The notes: generated by a model not told the origin, from the letters alone. A DNA stretch of 64,000 bases from Octopus sinensis (GCF_006345805.1 NC_043001.1:103664001-103728000); one strand, 5' to 3'. Positions 37,539 through 52,395 are shown, numbered from the stretch's first letter. A program made the numbers and translations.

Positions 37539-40500
37539 TTCATGGATGAGTTTATCGACGTAAATCCAGCGTTTGTTTACAGAAAGGAAAAGAATTAAAA
37601 GGAAAAGTAGAATTAATGTTCAGATCTTGATAAAAGGATTCAGTGCAGCTTATAAGTTTTTCGCGGGGAATTGAAACTGCTTAACATGGTTGATAGCCTA
37701 TCTCTATGCTGTGAACACCTATTAAATAAATATACCTTATACATCAAATTTTATATAAAACTGAACAATGTTTGGCGACAATTAAATTTTTATTAGAATT
37801 GAACTAAATATAGTTTTATTTTAGAGTGGATTTAAAACGCAAACTATTATTAGTTAAAGATAATTATACATAATAAACTAAGCGCATTAGCACATTAACT
37901 ATATATATATACGTTACAAAAATGGCTTTGTTAAAAAGACTGATCTAATTTGCGGAAATATCAAAAGAAAAATCTGAATAAAAAGTAATTAAATAATTTA
38001 TGTATCAATGATTATAGAGAATTTAACATTAAAAATATGACTGATTTCATTTATTTTTTCTTTCTTCAAAAGAGTGAATATATTTTAGGCGAATCTATTC
38101 TAGTAGTTTAGAGTGTTTTATATACATAGTGACAAGTTGAAGAGAGATAATGGCGTAAAGTGTAAGAAATGCAGCTGTGAGAAAATCGATAGAGCATGAG
38201 TCAGGGATTTCAAGGCAGGAGGATACATAGGTATACAACTAGGAATCTACTCCACAACTTCCTTCTGCGACTTAAGGAGGAAATACAGAAAATTTCTTTA
38301 GGTTCTGTTCTGGATTTTTTGTTCAATCTTTTTCGATGCCGGATGCACAGATCACTAGGAATATTGATATAAAATTATGTATCTACTAAACTTTCTAAAT
38401 GCTTTTTTCATCTTTTTTTTTACTTTTGAAAAACGCGTCAGCCTAATAGGGTGGTGAATCAAAAGTATTTGTCTTGTAATGTAGGTCATTAGTTCTTGTG
38501 AAAGTCTAAATTACACTGAAGAAATATTTTCACCGTTGTCTTTCTTTTTTTCTCATTGCATGACTCATTCAGCAGCACTGATGCATCAGCTAATGCATGT
38601 TTACTGTTAAGCTGCAACTGTGCGTCGCAATCCCATATAAGGCTACAAGCATACAACACAGAAAAATAGTTTTGGAATTTAAACAAAAGGTTCTCTTCAT
38701 CAATTGAACAGGTGTTTTACCTGAAGTCAATGGAATTACTTTGTTTATTTTATATCAGCAAATAATAGAATTTACATTTAGAACCTCTCCGTATTGTATA
38801 CAGATACACACACACGCATAAGCTCACACACAAATACACGCACACATGCACACACACAAACACACCCATAACAACATGTACGTCTGTAGGCGGGTGGGTC
38901 TCTGTATGTACATAGGTATAATTATGTATGTGTGTATGTATATATATATATATAAATATTTTCATTCATATATATATATATACACACACACCCATACACA
39001 CACGCATATATGCATAATATATATATCTGTATATATGTATGTGTGTGTATATATATATATGTATGTATGTATGTATGTAATTATTTATGTATGCATGTGT
39101 GTATGTATGTATGTATGTATGTATAAAGACATGACACATTGAATAAGTGTCATTAATAATTGATAATTTAAATTTTTAATCGTGACTTCCCAATCAAAGC
39201 CAGGTCTAAAGAACACCACATAATGCAGCTCTTTTAGTCGTGATATGATTTGTGTAAAACGTCAGTTTCTCGAGCTGCGATTTAATAGGCTTCAGTGTTG
39301 CTTCTCAAATAGATTAGAAGACGGTCATTACAATAATGGCTATATTGATAAGTTATTGCCTAATTATGGTTCCGGTATAACAGGCTATTGTATAACGAAA
39401 GACTGAAAGGGGCCGTAGGAGTAGCAAATGGACGTTGACCCAAAACTAATTCTATTAACTGGGAGTAATTGAGAATAATTTGGCGATAAATTTCACACAC
39501 ATTATATGTATTATATGCGACACGCATACACTCACTCACAGACGCACACGCATATATTCTTGAATGCATGTGTGTGTGTCTATGTGTATAAAACTATATG
39601 TCTATATGAAAGAGCGTGTGTGTGTGTATGTGTGTATGTGCGTGTATGTGTGTGTGTGTGTGTCTGTGTGTGTCTGTACAAAAACCACATATTCCTAAAT
39701 GCTTCGGGCATCTGTCGGTCAGCGTTGACCATACATGTGCTTATGAATGTTAAGATCGACGCAAAATAATTTTCGGAAGTGCCCACGCATACAAGCCTGC
39801 CCTCTCCATGTTAGCGGATATTTATCTCACAGGAAAGCCTGGTAACTTGGGCCGACACCTTCTGGCCTCAGTGTCGTTTCAGGTGAGACTACCAGAACAC
39901 AAAGAACCCCCAACAGATACGAGAAGGCATCTTGCTCGATCCTCCAGCAGTTCCACTATCCTGGATTGGAACATGTTGTTTGACTCCGAAATATTTGACA
40001 GAGTTGACATTCGTGGTATTTGATCCCTTTGTCTGTCCTTGTTTGTCCCCTCTGTGTTTAGCCCCTTGTGGGCAATAAAGAAATAAGAATAACTAAATGC
40101 GAGAACATCTGAAATAATCTGCGTCATTAATAAATACTAAAATTTCGAAAATCTGGGTTCCGTTCTTTGAAAATTTAAATAGCCGTTTGCTTGTTGTCTC
40201 TTTTTTGTTTTTGGATTTTTTTTTATAAGGAACTTTCTTTTGTATCTTAAGGGTAGGGAATCTTTTTTCATGCGTCACTGTATGCTTTTTCTAATTTAGA
40301 TCCAAGTGAATCGGTCCCACGTTGGATTACTTCATACGGCCTCATAATGATCATCACATTACAATTATTGCCTTTTGAACTAAAGTAAAAATCTGTGTTA
40401 AAATGGTAACATAATTTAATTGACCCTACACGTTCTCTGATAATATTGTGTAAACGATCTCAGCAGTACAAAGCGTAAAATCGATATTGACAGGAATTGA

Positions 40501-40688
40501 TTGCAAAATGCGAATGTAGTTAATTAAATACCACAAGGTATTTAAACCCTTGTATTATCGAATCTCTCTTCCAACATACTTCTTAAAATTTAATACCCGT
40601 GCCATCGAAATATTGAACATTGTGTAAAGGTGAATAAAATATAATTATAGTAGGAAAAACTACATTTAGTTTTGAATGCAGATCTCGT

Positions 40689-41063
40689 GGCACTCCGTCG
40701 GTTGCGTCGATGATGGTTACAGTTGATCTGATCAACGAAACAGCTTGCTCGCGAAATTAACATGCAAGTGGCTGAGCACTCCACAGACACGTGCATCTTT
40801 AACGTATGTCTGAGGAAGATTCAGCGTGACACAGGTTGTGACAAGGCTGGCCCTTTCAAATACAGGTGCAACAGAAACAGAAAGAGTGAGAGAAAGTTAT
40901 GGTGAAAGAGTACGGCAGGGTTCGCCACTCACCCCCTGCCGGAGCCTCGTGGAGCTTTAGGTATTTTCACTCAATAAACACTCACAACGCCCGATCTGGG
41001 AATCGAAGCCGCGATCCTACAACCGCGAATCCGCTGCCCTAACCGCTGGACCATTGCACCTCC
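40689..41063 (-). mobile_element. SINE with family D head and family C tail
   Basis: Reverse strand: ggaggtgcaatggtccagcggttagggcagcgg..; tail aaagggccagccttgtcac..accgacggagtgcc. Confidence 0.9.
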
Positions 41064-41534
41064 TGAATACAGATATTTGCATGTTGTAAAGCACAATGGC
41101 AGTAAGAATATAAAGGTTTCCAGACGGAGGCATTTGCTGTTTCAGAGCTCACAGTCAAATATATGACAAAGTTACATATTTTCACCCAACCAACGGACAG
41201 AATAAGAAAATTGTTCAGTTACAAGATAGAAAAGGTTGTAAATCTTGGCAGGATTATTGAAATGATTAACGTTGTAGTTGCAGAATATAAAACAATGTTT
41301 CATGTCTAAGGTCTATCTTAACTCTACATTAGAGGAACTGTGTGTGTGTGCGTGTTTATGCGTACGTGTACGCATGTGTAAGTCTTATTACACACACACA
41401 CATACACACAGACACACATATATATATTATATTATATTGGTATGTATTAATTCGCATTGAACTTCTTAAAAAAAGACATATTTTCATATATTTCTCTCAA
41501 GAAGTCCTAAAAAAATATGTATGTATATGTATGT

Positions 41535-41565
<31 letters not shown>

Positions 41566-41623
41566 CGTGTGTGTGATGTGCGTGTGAGCGTGTGTCTGTA
41601 TATATGCATGTCTATATATATAT

Positions 41624-41654
<31 letters not shown>

Positions 41655-41655
41655 C

Positions 41656-41687
<32 letters not shown>

Positions 41688-41777
41688 TACATATATATAC
41701 ATATATAATTATATATATATATACATACACATACATACATACACACACACGCACACACACACAAACACACACACACT

Positions 41778-41835
<58 letters not shown>

Positions 41836-42349
41836 TTTGTAAATATATTCAGTTATAATAAAAACAATTGTACATTATGTAATGGGTTACCCTACACCTT
41901 TGTAGAGTATAAATTTATTATTCTGAAACAAGAATATGTTTGACATTGGCAATATATATGTTTGTGTGTGTGTACGCGCGTGAGTAACTCCTATCTAACA
42001 AGCAATGCTCGTTGCTATAAAGCATTAAAATTCGTTTTCTCGTGAAACTTACAAACTCCTATAGCAACGTAACTTATTAAGCTTACAGTATAGTATTGAA
42101 CGACATGCTTACATATATCCGTAGACACACACACACTCACGCACATACACGCACAAACACATACACACACACATATATATATATATACATACAAGTGAAT
42201 CTAATCTCCACATCAATATGTTACAACCAGTTTAATTCTAAGCAAATCATCCGCCAGTTGGTTATAGATGCAATGTGCACCCTGTATATATATTTTGCCA
42301 GCAGTGGGGTGGCGAACCCCTACCAACCCCCAGAAAACTACAGTATCTT

Positions 42350-42390
42350 GAGACCAATTCGGTTTCGACCTAGCTTGCTCTTCCTCAGTC
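42350..42390 (-). ncRNA. Type I hammerhead-like motif with canonical core and weak helices
   Basis: GA-CUGAGGA-AGAGCAAGCUAGGUC-GAAAC-CGAAUUG-GUC/UC; helix I only 2 bp. Confidence 0.45.
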
Positions 42391-42564
42391 GCGAACACCT
42401 GTGTGCATCGACAGTTCATCCAACACACCAACTCAACCACATACACACAAACGCTGAGAAATTTCTGAACTCAAAAAGTATTGTCGATTCATTAGAGACT
42501 GACTTGAACTCGCTCAACAACTTAAATTAAACTCAAAGAAAAATCACACATGCATGCATACACG

Positions 42565-42754
42565 CATACATACATACATACATACATACATACATACATA
42601 CATACATACATACATACATACATACATACATACATACATACATACATACATACATACATACATACATACATACATACATACATGCATGCATGCATACATA
42701 CATACATACATACATACATACACACATACACACACACATACATACATACATACA

Positions 42755-42785
<31 letters not shown>
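42565..42785. repeat. (TACA)n microsatellite
   Basis: Direct reading. Confidence 0.95.
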
Positions 42786-44584
42786 TTTTTACATTTTGAA
42801 CGCACTGAAACTTAATAGAAAGATTCCTCCTTCATATGAGAGAGAGATTGAAAACTGTCAGCTCCGGGAACCTAAATTTAATTCAATTATAATACATTAT
42901 TAGGAATGCCATTAGAGTTGAGAAAATGTCTGTTTTACTTTAGGACTAATTTAGCTTCTTGTGTTCCATTGTTGCTAAGAGGAATAGCAACAATATCATA
43001 CAAAATGAACAAAGAAAATTTTCCCTTCGGACATTCCGTTATCTTTCTAGATTTTTTAAAATTTTCTGACGAACATTTCTTCCTCTCATCTGTTTTACTA
43101 TGTCTATATCTATCTATCGTTCTTGCTGACTTAACCCTTTTCTTTCAATTCCATTTCCATCATAATCATTTCCTTTTCCTTAACAATTGCACACTAATTC
43201 CATATACTGGCGCATATTCTGCAGATTCTTTCTCCCTCATTAGATTACTTCGTAAATTCTTTCAGAAATGGTCATCCAAAAACTAGTATGTTTAGAAACC
43301 TGACTTTCTAATCGCCGTTTTACAACATCGGTTAATTTACAAATCCATCCGTCAGAAATTAGATATTTACTTTTTTGAGTTCAAGTGGAGAGTTTCTAAC
43401 ATTCAAATAGATTCTTCGAATATCTACCAGTAAATTGACTCAACGTATAGATTAGTCAGAGTAAAAACTATGAATTATCATCTCACAGAGATAGATAAAA
43501 GTTTTGTCGTATGTGAGCAAAGAAATTTTCCTTCCCAGCTCCACCAGGTTGTCTATATTTCAAATAAACAGTTTTCTCTTTTCCGAGATACGTAATTGAT
43601 TCTTCATTATGTGAAGAATTAATTATATATGCTGTTATAGTGTATGGATGATACTTAATTGACTTTAATTATATTCTATTGAAGATGATTAATCACAAAG
43701 TTTCTACAGACAGCTTGTTACTAAATTGTAATCAGACGTTCTCAAAGGTCAGTTGCTGGATTTTTGCTTGGTTACCAGACAGATAAACCGAAGCAAAATA
43801 TAGACTTTCCGGAAGATGTCGTACATTTGTCTCAGACAGCCAAATATTGAACTACATAAAAAGGATGTCCAAGTTGAGAGTTTTGGACCATTAAAGAGGC
43901 ATTATGAGGTTTGTTATTATAGGTAGTGATGGAATTGAATTCTTAAATCTGATGAAATCAATTTAAAATCAGCCACGGAATAAGTTGCTTAAGTGTGTGT
44001 TTCACCAGATTAAATTCTAGGCACACTAGATAAAATCCAAATTGTTTCATTCGTTCAAATGTTATGTTAATTAAACCTGAGAGTAGAACCGTACGTAAGT
44101 ATCATAGGTCTTTATGAATTAATGAACTCTTTTTAGCAGAGAAATAAGAAATCCGATTTCTGTTGACGTTAGCTTCTGTTTAGGCGTTGGTTTTAGGTTT
44201 GAAATAGTTTATAATAGTTTCTGCGGAGATGATTTTCACATTGTTATGAAAACCATAGGCATTAGCTCTAGTTATTCCGAGAAATTTTATTTAAAATAAT
44301 CCCTCTTTGCATTAACTGAAATTTTATTCGCCACCATCTTGTTGTTAAGTGATTAAATTGTGAAGTGGGAAGCGAGCAACAAGGCTCAAAACTGCATAGT
44401 TAGATGTTATGGGAGCATAATGCTTTTATCCAAGAATAGAGGGCGGTAAATCATTGGAATTGTTAGAATCTCCAATAGGATGCCTTGCAGTGTTGGTTCC
44501 AGCTTCCTGCGCTCTGATTTTGTCAAGCTAGGCCAGACCAGTGAAGTATTGAAATCATGTTCTCCCACACTATTTTTCTGTCTT

Positions 44585-44623
<39 letters not shown>

Positions 44624-44699
44624 TACTTTTCTGCTCTCTCGTTACTTCTCTCTCTCTCACTTCTTCGGTCTTTCTCAGAACGTCGACTATACTAAACGA

Positions 44700-44830
44700 T
44701 CTTTCATCCTTTCGGGGTCGATAAATTAAATACCAGTTACGCACTGGGGTCGATGTAATCGACTTAATCCGTTTGTCTGTCCTTGTTTGTCCCCTCTATG
44801 TATAGCCCCTTGTGGGTAATAAAGAAACAT
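44700..44830 (+). mobile_element. SINE family B fragment
   Basis: ctttcatcctttcggggtcgataaatt..gtaataaagaaa. Confidence 0.85.
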
Positions 44831-45091
44831 ATACTAAACGAACCAAGAATGTTCTCATCACCACCAAACAAATAATTTCCCCCCATCCCCGTTTGAGGTG
44901 AAAGATAAAGAGAGATTGCAATCCTGCTTCTAATGCAGAGAGCAGTCGATACTCCACGACTCTGTCAATATATAATTCATCACCGCCATATTAGACGTTA
45001 ATTACAATCCTAGACGTCCTTTGAACCTTTTAACGTGTTTCTGTTAGGTCTATGATATATGTGTGTGTGTGTTAGTGTGTGTGCGTGTGTG

Positions 45092-45126
<35 letters not shown>

Positions 45127-45136
45127 GTCTGTGTGT

Positions 45137-45282
45137 GGAGGCGCGTGGTTAAGTGCTAAGGGAGTCAGCATCATGATCTTAATATTGTGGTTTCGATTCC
45201 TGGACCGGGCGACGCGTTGTGTTCTGGAACAAAACACTTCATTTCACGTTGCTCCAGTCCACTCAGCTGGCAAAAATAAGTA
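45137..45282 (+). mobile_element. SINE family C head
   Basis: ggaggcgcgtggttaagtgctaaggg..ggtttcgattcc..acacttcatttcacgttgctccagtccactcagctggc. Confidence 0.8.
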
Positions 45283-45303
45283 ACGCGCGACGGACTGGCT
45301 CTA

Positions 45304-45905
<602 letters not shown>

Positions 45906-45997
45906 TGTCTCTGTTTTCTGTTTCTTACATTTGAACCATATATAAAATATAATATAATATATATATGTGTGTGTGTATATACATATATACATACATA

Positions 45998-46135
45998 TAG
46001 GCGCCGGAGTAGCCGTGTGGTAAGAAGCTTGCTTCCCAACCACATTCCTCTGCGTTCCGTCCCACTGTGGCACCTTAGGCGAGTGTCTTTTACTATAATC
46101 TCGGCCCGACTAAAGGCTTGTGAATTTGAAGGCCA
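45998..46135 (+). mobile_element. SINE family A head, degenerate
   Basis: aggcgccggagtagccgtgtggtaagaagcttgcttcccaaccac. Confidence 0.8.
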
Positions 46136-46279
46136 TCGTATCAGTGCGTGTGTGTATGTTTGTGTGATTTGGTATGTGTGAGTGTATGTATATGTGTGTG
46201 TGTGTGTGTCATTACGTACCCCACCACCGCTAGACAACCGGCGTTAAATATCTCCCTCTCCCTCACTGTCTCTCTCTCG

Positions 46280-46356
<77 letters not shown>

Positions 46357-46992
46357 CTCACACACATTTATCATAATATCATGTTTTGAAATAGACTTTT
46401 GTTTCGACTAAGTTCGTAGTTGAAGGAAATCTATGCTCTTAAGATTATAGCTTTTAAAGACGATCGAATTTTAGTGTAAATAAAACCGCAAACGATGACA
46501 TTAATAGGCCAATCAATTCCTTTATTATATTAAACACTGCTCTCACAAATATAAATCTCAAATTACATATAAATTCTTACCACTAAAACCTCTTTCAAAG
46601 CAAATCGAATTTTTTTCATTCTCATCTTATTTTCACTTTAGTCTAGCTTATTATATTTATCTTCGATTTCGCCATTGATATTTTATTAATAAAAATTTCT
46701 GGTTTTTTTCATAATATTTTTGAAAACAATTAAACATTAATTTTTATGAATATATGAAATATACAATGTGCTCTTTCTTTGAAGTGACCTCTGATGTGAA
46801 ATGCCTAAATACGGACAGCTTGTATTCTAATATTCTACTTAGAAATCATTGAATGTTGTTTTAAGTGCGACTGTAAAGAAGCGTTAGCAGAAGATAGATG
46901 CTATTATTGGACATTTATTACAATTATATGTTGAAGAATTTATTTTGGCGTTTAACGCTTTCATACAAATACATACATACAAACATACATAC

Positions 46993-47029
<37 letters not shown>

Positions 47030-47084
47030 TACGTGTGTTGTGTATTTGTCTTTGTACACACGCACACACACACACACATATATA

Positions 47085-47215
47085 CAGGGTGTCCCCCAAA
47101 AATGTATACACACCTTAAATAATTGTAAATTTGTTATTCTTTGTAAGCCTAGTACTTATTCTATCGTTCTCTTTTGCCGAACCACTATGTGTATACATTT
47201 TTTGGGGACACTCTG
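47085..47215. mobile_element. Tc1/mariner-type MITE containing a SINE-A fragment
   Basis: TIRs cagggtgtcccccaaaaatgtatacac / gtgtatacattttttggggacactctg flanked by TA; interior contains ttgtaagcctagtacttattctatcg..ttttgccgaacc. Confidence 0.85.
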
Positions 47216-47224
47216 TATATATTT

Positions 47225-47456
47225 AAGGCGGCGAGCTGGCAGAACCGTAAGCACGCCGGGCGAAATGCGTAGCCGTATTTCGTCTGCCGTTACGTTCTGG
47301 ATTCAAATTCCGCCGAGGTCGACTTTGCCTTTCATCTTTTCGGGGTCGATAAATTAAGTACCAATTACGCACTGGGGTCGATATAATCGACTTAATCCGT
47401 TTGTCTGTCCTTGTTTATCCCCTCTGTGTTTAGCCACTTGTGGGTAGTAAAGAAAT
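47225..47456 (+). mobile_element. SINE family B
   Basis: Full head and one body unit. Confidence 0.92.
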
Positions 47457-47470
47457 ATATATATATATAT

Positions 47471-47735
47471 TTAAGAAGGAAAAATATGCAAAAACGCACA
47501 GGAGGTTTGTATAATAAAATTTATGCTAGTATTAATATAATGACAACAAAAATGGCGTTCCCATGAGTTAAATCTAAGACTTTGCAAGTTTGTTAAGTGT
47601 AAGACGCGAAACCGGTACTCCCAGTTTATTATCTAATGTTATAATACAACTCTTTGTTGTCATTATGATATTAATATTAGCATAAATCTAATTATACAAA
47701 CCTCCTGTGCGTTTTTACATATTTTTCTTTCTTAA
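47471..47735. repeat. Foldback element (~82-bp arms) with a hammerhead 3' half in the spacer
   Basis: 47471-47551 vs reverse complement of 47653-47735; gaaaccggtactccca at 47608-47623. Confidence 0.85.
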
Positions 47736-47791
47736 TCATTTACAACCACGTGTAAACAAGATCTGACACCTTTATGTTTTATATACATACA

Positions 47792-47865
<74 letters not shown>

Positions 47866-47867
<2 letters not shown>

Positions 47868-48045
47868 TTGTTGAAGAGGACAACAAACGTTGAGGCAAGG
47901 AAAACACCTCAAGTCATAAACATTATTATTATTGGAAAAAATTCCAAATCATACCCCTGTTTCTGGGATATCCCAGAGTAGGGTATATTCCACCATCAGA
48001 GCCCTAGTAATCCGTTACAGCACTTACCTAACGTACATAATGTTT
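47866..48045 (-). mobile_element. pLTR-like element of the 54163-54298 family with a decayed hammerhead
   Basis: Reverse strand: ctgatggtggaatataccctactctgggatatcccagaaacaggggtatg..ttgcctcaacgtttgttgtcctcttcaacaat. Confidence 0.7.
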
Positions 48046-48543
48046 TAGAGCACCTTGGAACTATTTCAATACCTTTCGTTGGTGTGAAGGTGCGCAGTAA
48101 AACTACCGGGTGTGAGTGGCCCCAGCTGTCCTCACAGTATCTTTCTAGGGGAGGGACCCTCTGATGTACAACGTGATTACTGGTCATCTTCGCTTCGGCC
48201 TGTCACCAGATAGAAATCACGGACGCTCAGAGAGTAGAAGTCATGTTGTCCAGGCGCTTATCACTATTATACAGGGAAGTACGGATGCCTCTCTGCCTTC
48301 GGTTATCATTCCATCAACTGAAAGTCCCTTGGAAATGGAAGAATAGTGCCGTGTGCAAAGCGAACCATTTGGAGGCGCACAGTTAGGCACAACTTTCGTC
48401 TCTAACCTACACTTCAAAGCATGCAGAGGTATGCAACGAGACTAAACAGTCATATGGGAGGTCATGGACGGAAAGTTAGCAGTACCATTGACAACGAGGG
48501 AGAACAAGGAGGTGGCAATCTGTGCAGATGCAGTTATAGGTGC

Positions 48544-48601
<58 letters not shown>

Positions 48602-48661
48602 ATTATTTACCTTGAAAATCTATGTTGTTCACACTTGATAAATGATATATTAATGAATATA

Positions 48662-48953
48662 CAGTAATCCTTCACCGTATCGCGGTTCACTTATCACGCA
48701 CTCAGTACGTCGCAGTTCACTTATCACGCATACAGTACGTCGCGGTTCATCAATCACGCACAAAGTACGTCGCGGTTCATCTATCACGTACTCAGTACAT
48801 CGCGGTATCTCCAGGCTAATATATGTAAATTTACATCCCAGACTTCTCAGTATATCGCGGGTTTCTGCGGCCGTTAGGTATTTATATTTTTCTAGATTTT
48901 AATTATTCCTTAGGTTTGGAACGTAAGACCCGCGACAGTCGGGGGGAATACTG
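48662..48953. mobile_element. Tigger/pogo-like MITE with an internal 30-bp tandem repeat (x4)
   Basis: TA-flanked termini cagtaatccttcaccgtatcgcgg / cgcgacagtcggggggaatactg; units start at 48681, 48711, 48741 and 48771. Confidence 0.75.
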
Positions 48954-49447
48954 TACCAAAATTATCAAAACTTTATTGTTCAGAGGCGCTACAAAGAGTT
49001 TTAGGCACCAATTTAAATGTCTTAAGATATTTAAGATGTTTCTACACACGTCACTCTGAAACGCAGACACAGTCATTGCATACAAAAATGTAATTACATA
49101 TAATTAAAGTTCAATTTGAAGACTCCACTAGAATGGACGAAAGTGCCTATATATGATATACGATATATGATGTATAAAAACATGTAACATACTAATAAAT
49201 ATCTGTAAATATAAAACCATCCGAATTTCTGAGTACCTCACTTCTTATAATATAAAATACCTGTACAACATCTCCAAACCTTCTGATATAATTACATATA
49301 TATATATGCATGCACACACACAAACAAATATATATACGTACACATAGATAAATGTATTAGATACTACCCACCTTTCAAACGTTAAGCTAATATATTTTTT
49401 ATAACTTTTCCCGTCCGTATTGCCATCGATTTGGACCCATTGCCTTC

Positions 49448-49522
<75 letters not shown>

Positions 49523-49950
49523 GTATGTATATGTGTATGTATGTACACTCATATACATAAACACACCTATGTATGTGTATACATATGATGGACACGCATA
49601 GACAGACACACGTTTCGTTGGTCATAGGTTGGCTAAAACAACACTGGTTAGAAAATTTCGTTTTCGCGTATCTTCAGTGAAAAGAACTGACGATGCATAA
49701 CCTCTCCAATGTATCACCTGAGTAACTTTGAAATAAAAACCTACCTGCTAAAGAGAAAACAATCAATATTATGATATTCTCGATAGCATTAACGGGAAGC
49801 TGCATCGCTCTGTTGTATCTATTTACGTTGAAGTGGGTTGCTACATTTGCTCCAGAGCCATGGACATCACCAACGGTAGAGAACATCCCCTGCTTTCTTG
49901 TCGACTTTCTGATTCGCTTCGCTTCGCTTATGCTCTGCAGCTTACCTTTC

Positions 49951-50310
<360 letters not shown>

Positions 50311-51389
50311 TCCATACATAGTTATATATGTTTGGTATATAAAAATGTTAATATGCTCCTATGCATACACATAATAATATATATGTATATATATTTATAA
50401 ATATATTTATAAATGTATTTATAAATGTATTTGAATATATGTATATACGTATATATGTATATATGTATATATGTACATACATATATGCGTGTGTGTATGT
50501 ACATATAGATATAAATATATATGTGTGTGTATGTGCGTATGTATACATTAGTTTGTATAAATTACGTCAATAGTCAATGAAATATTGAAAAGCATATACA
50601 CGCACACAAAACAAACGTAATAAAAACGATCCTGAATTCGATCGCAGAGAGTAAGAGTGATTTCTATAATCTGTAGGAAAGCCATAACAATGGAATAAGG
50701 CTTTCATTTTGAGAAAAACAAAACAACATCGATGCAAATTCGTTCTCAAAAAGAAAAAAGAAAAAAAAGAAACCTCATACTTGCTTTCTCTAACAGGAAC
50801 CACTAAATTATTGCTGGGTAAGCGTGTATTATTCCAGGTCGACTTGTTAGCGAACAATTTTTCTCTGTTAACTATTTGTTGATTTAACGATTCGTTGATA
50901 TTCAATATATCAATCCGGACCCCTTCCACCTCTCCTCGTAAAACACAACGAACGATTAATGGCCATGAGGGGAGGTTTTCTGTTTTAGAATTTTTCAATA
51001 ATTTTCCCACTAATTGATGCAAAATGAAGGATGCAATCAGGTTCTTTGCTTTTCAAACTTCCCTTGTTTTTCTTCAAAGTGTTCATTACATGGTTACACT
51101 GTGTGCATGCATAAAGGGTGTGGGTGCGTGTGTACGTGCTTCTATAAATATGCATGGATGCTAGCACACACATACACATACACACACACATATATATGTA
51201 TGTATATATATATATATATATACAGTTCAAACTTACAGAAAATATGACGTTAAGACAGGTGAGAGAACAAACAGGTGTATTAGTGCGTATACTTATACAT
51301 GTATATGTAGGTGCCTATATAAGTATATCTGTTCATGCGTGTGTATGTCTATATATATAATAATGTGTGTGTGTGTGTATGCGTATATA

Positions 51390-51439
<50 letters not shown>

Positions 51440-51599
51440 TGAGTGTATTTTTCCCTTGTTAACAATTAACACGGAAAAAAAAAATAAATAGTTACCAGGG
51501 TAGAATAGTATCAGTGGAATTTCGAAACATGTCGAGGTAAAAAATATTTGATTACACCTGCTTTAAACTCCATTTATATTACTCATATATATATATATT

Positions 51600-51810
51600 A
51601 TATATATATAGATCGCCATGTGATTCGTTAGCTACTGCACGCATTTTTTTTATTCTCCTTTTCTTGTTTTTCTCTCTCTGTGTCTTTCTGTTGAAGAGCG
51701 TAGGCTCGAAACGTTAAAGATGTTTTATTTATATTCCTGAGCGCCATACTAATACAATTGTTCGTTTGTCTTCCACCTGCCTTCGTCTTTTGTTTATTTT
51801 CATAAAGCTT
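51600..51810 (+). mobile_element. pLTR-like short element carrying a hammerhead-like motif at 51682-51721
   Basis: UCUUU-CUGUUGA-A-GAGC(GUAG)GCUC-GAAAC-GUU/AAAGA; A6 replaced by U; shares cctgagcg..aatac with the 19440 and 45660 copies. Confidence 0.65.
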
Positions 51811-51845
51811 CCCGTTATATTATATATATATATATTAATATAATA

Positions 51846-51876
<31 letters not shown>

Positions 51877-51884
51877 CATCATCA

Positions 51885-52150
51885 TCATCATCATCGTTAT
51901 TTAACGTCTGCTTACCATTCTGGCATGGGTTGGACGGTTTGACTGAGGAATAGTGAGCCAGCGGCTGCAACAGGCTCAATCTGATCCGGCAAGCTTTCTA
52001 TAGCTGGATGCTCTTCCTAACGCCAACCACACCGAGAGTGTAGTGGGGATTTTTACGTGTCTCCGGCATGAGGGCCAGTCAGGCGGTTCTGGCAACGGTC
52101 ACGACCAAAAGCTGTCTTTACGTGCTACCTGCACGGGAGACACTTCGGCG
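51885..52150 (-). mobile_element. Family F retroposon
   Basis: gctggatgctcttcctaacgccaaccac..; (CAT)n tail. Confidence 0.8.
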
Positions 52151-52337
52151 GCATTGGAAACGACCACGCTCTTCAACCGATAGGAATAAGAGAAATAAAC
52201 AGACAAAATGCAGCGGGCATTTTGAACTGGCCATGATGCATACGTGCATATATATCTAGGTATACGTTCGTATATGTAAGTATTCGTATGTTGTATTTAT
52301 ATATATATATATGTATTTATGTTTCTCTTCTGTGTGT

Positions 52338-52395
52338 ATTCTACTGACGAGGCAAAGCATTCATAAATGCAAAGTCAGAAATCCGGATCTAGAAT
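52338..52395 (+). ncRNA. Type I hammerhead ribozyme motif, canonical core
   Basis: AUUCUA-CUGACGA-GGCAAAGCAUUCAUAAAUGCAAAGUC-A-GAAA-UCCGGA-UC/UAGAAU; 6-bp helix I, palindromic AUCCGGAU helix III; predicted cleavage after 52389. Confidence 0.75.

Noticed and set aside
39790-40023. Possible RLE retrotransposon 3' end
   Set aside because: Similarity to the LQK..LLG.A motif is too weak to call.
46390-46440. Minus-strand GAAAC-AAAA-GUC half motif
   Set aside because: No CUGANGA-like segment at the expected position.
48045-48540. GIY-YIG or RT coding sequence next to the pLTR-like unit
   Set aside because: No GIY-YIG or RT motif recognisable in the frames I examined or in the supplied ORFs.
48681-48810. 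CRISPR-like regular 30-bp repeats
   Set aside because: The units are contiguous with no unique spacers, sit inside a MITE, and the DNA is eukaryotic.
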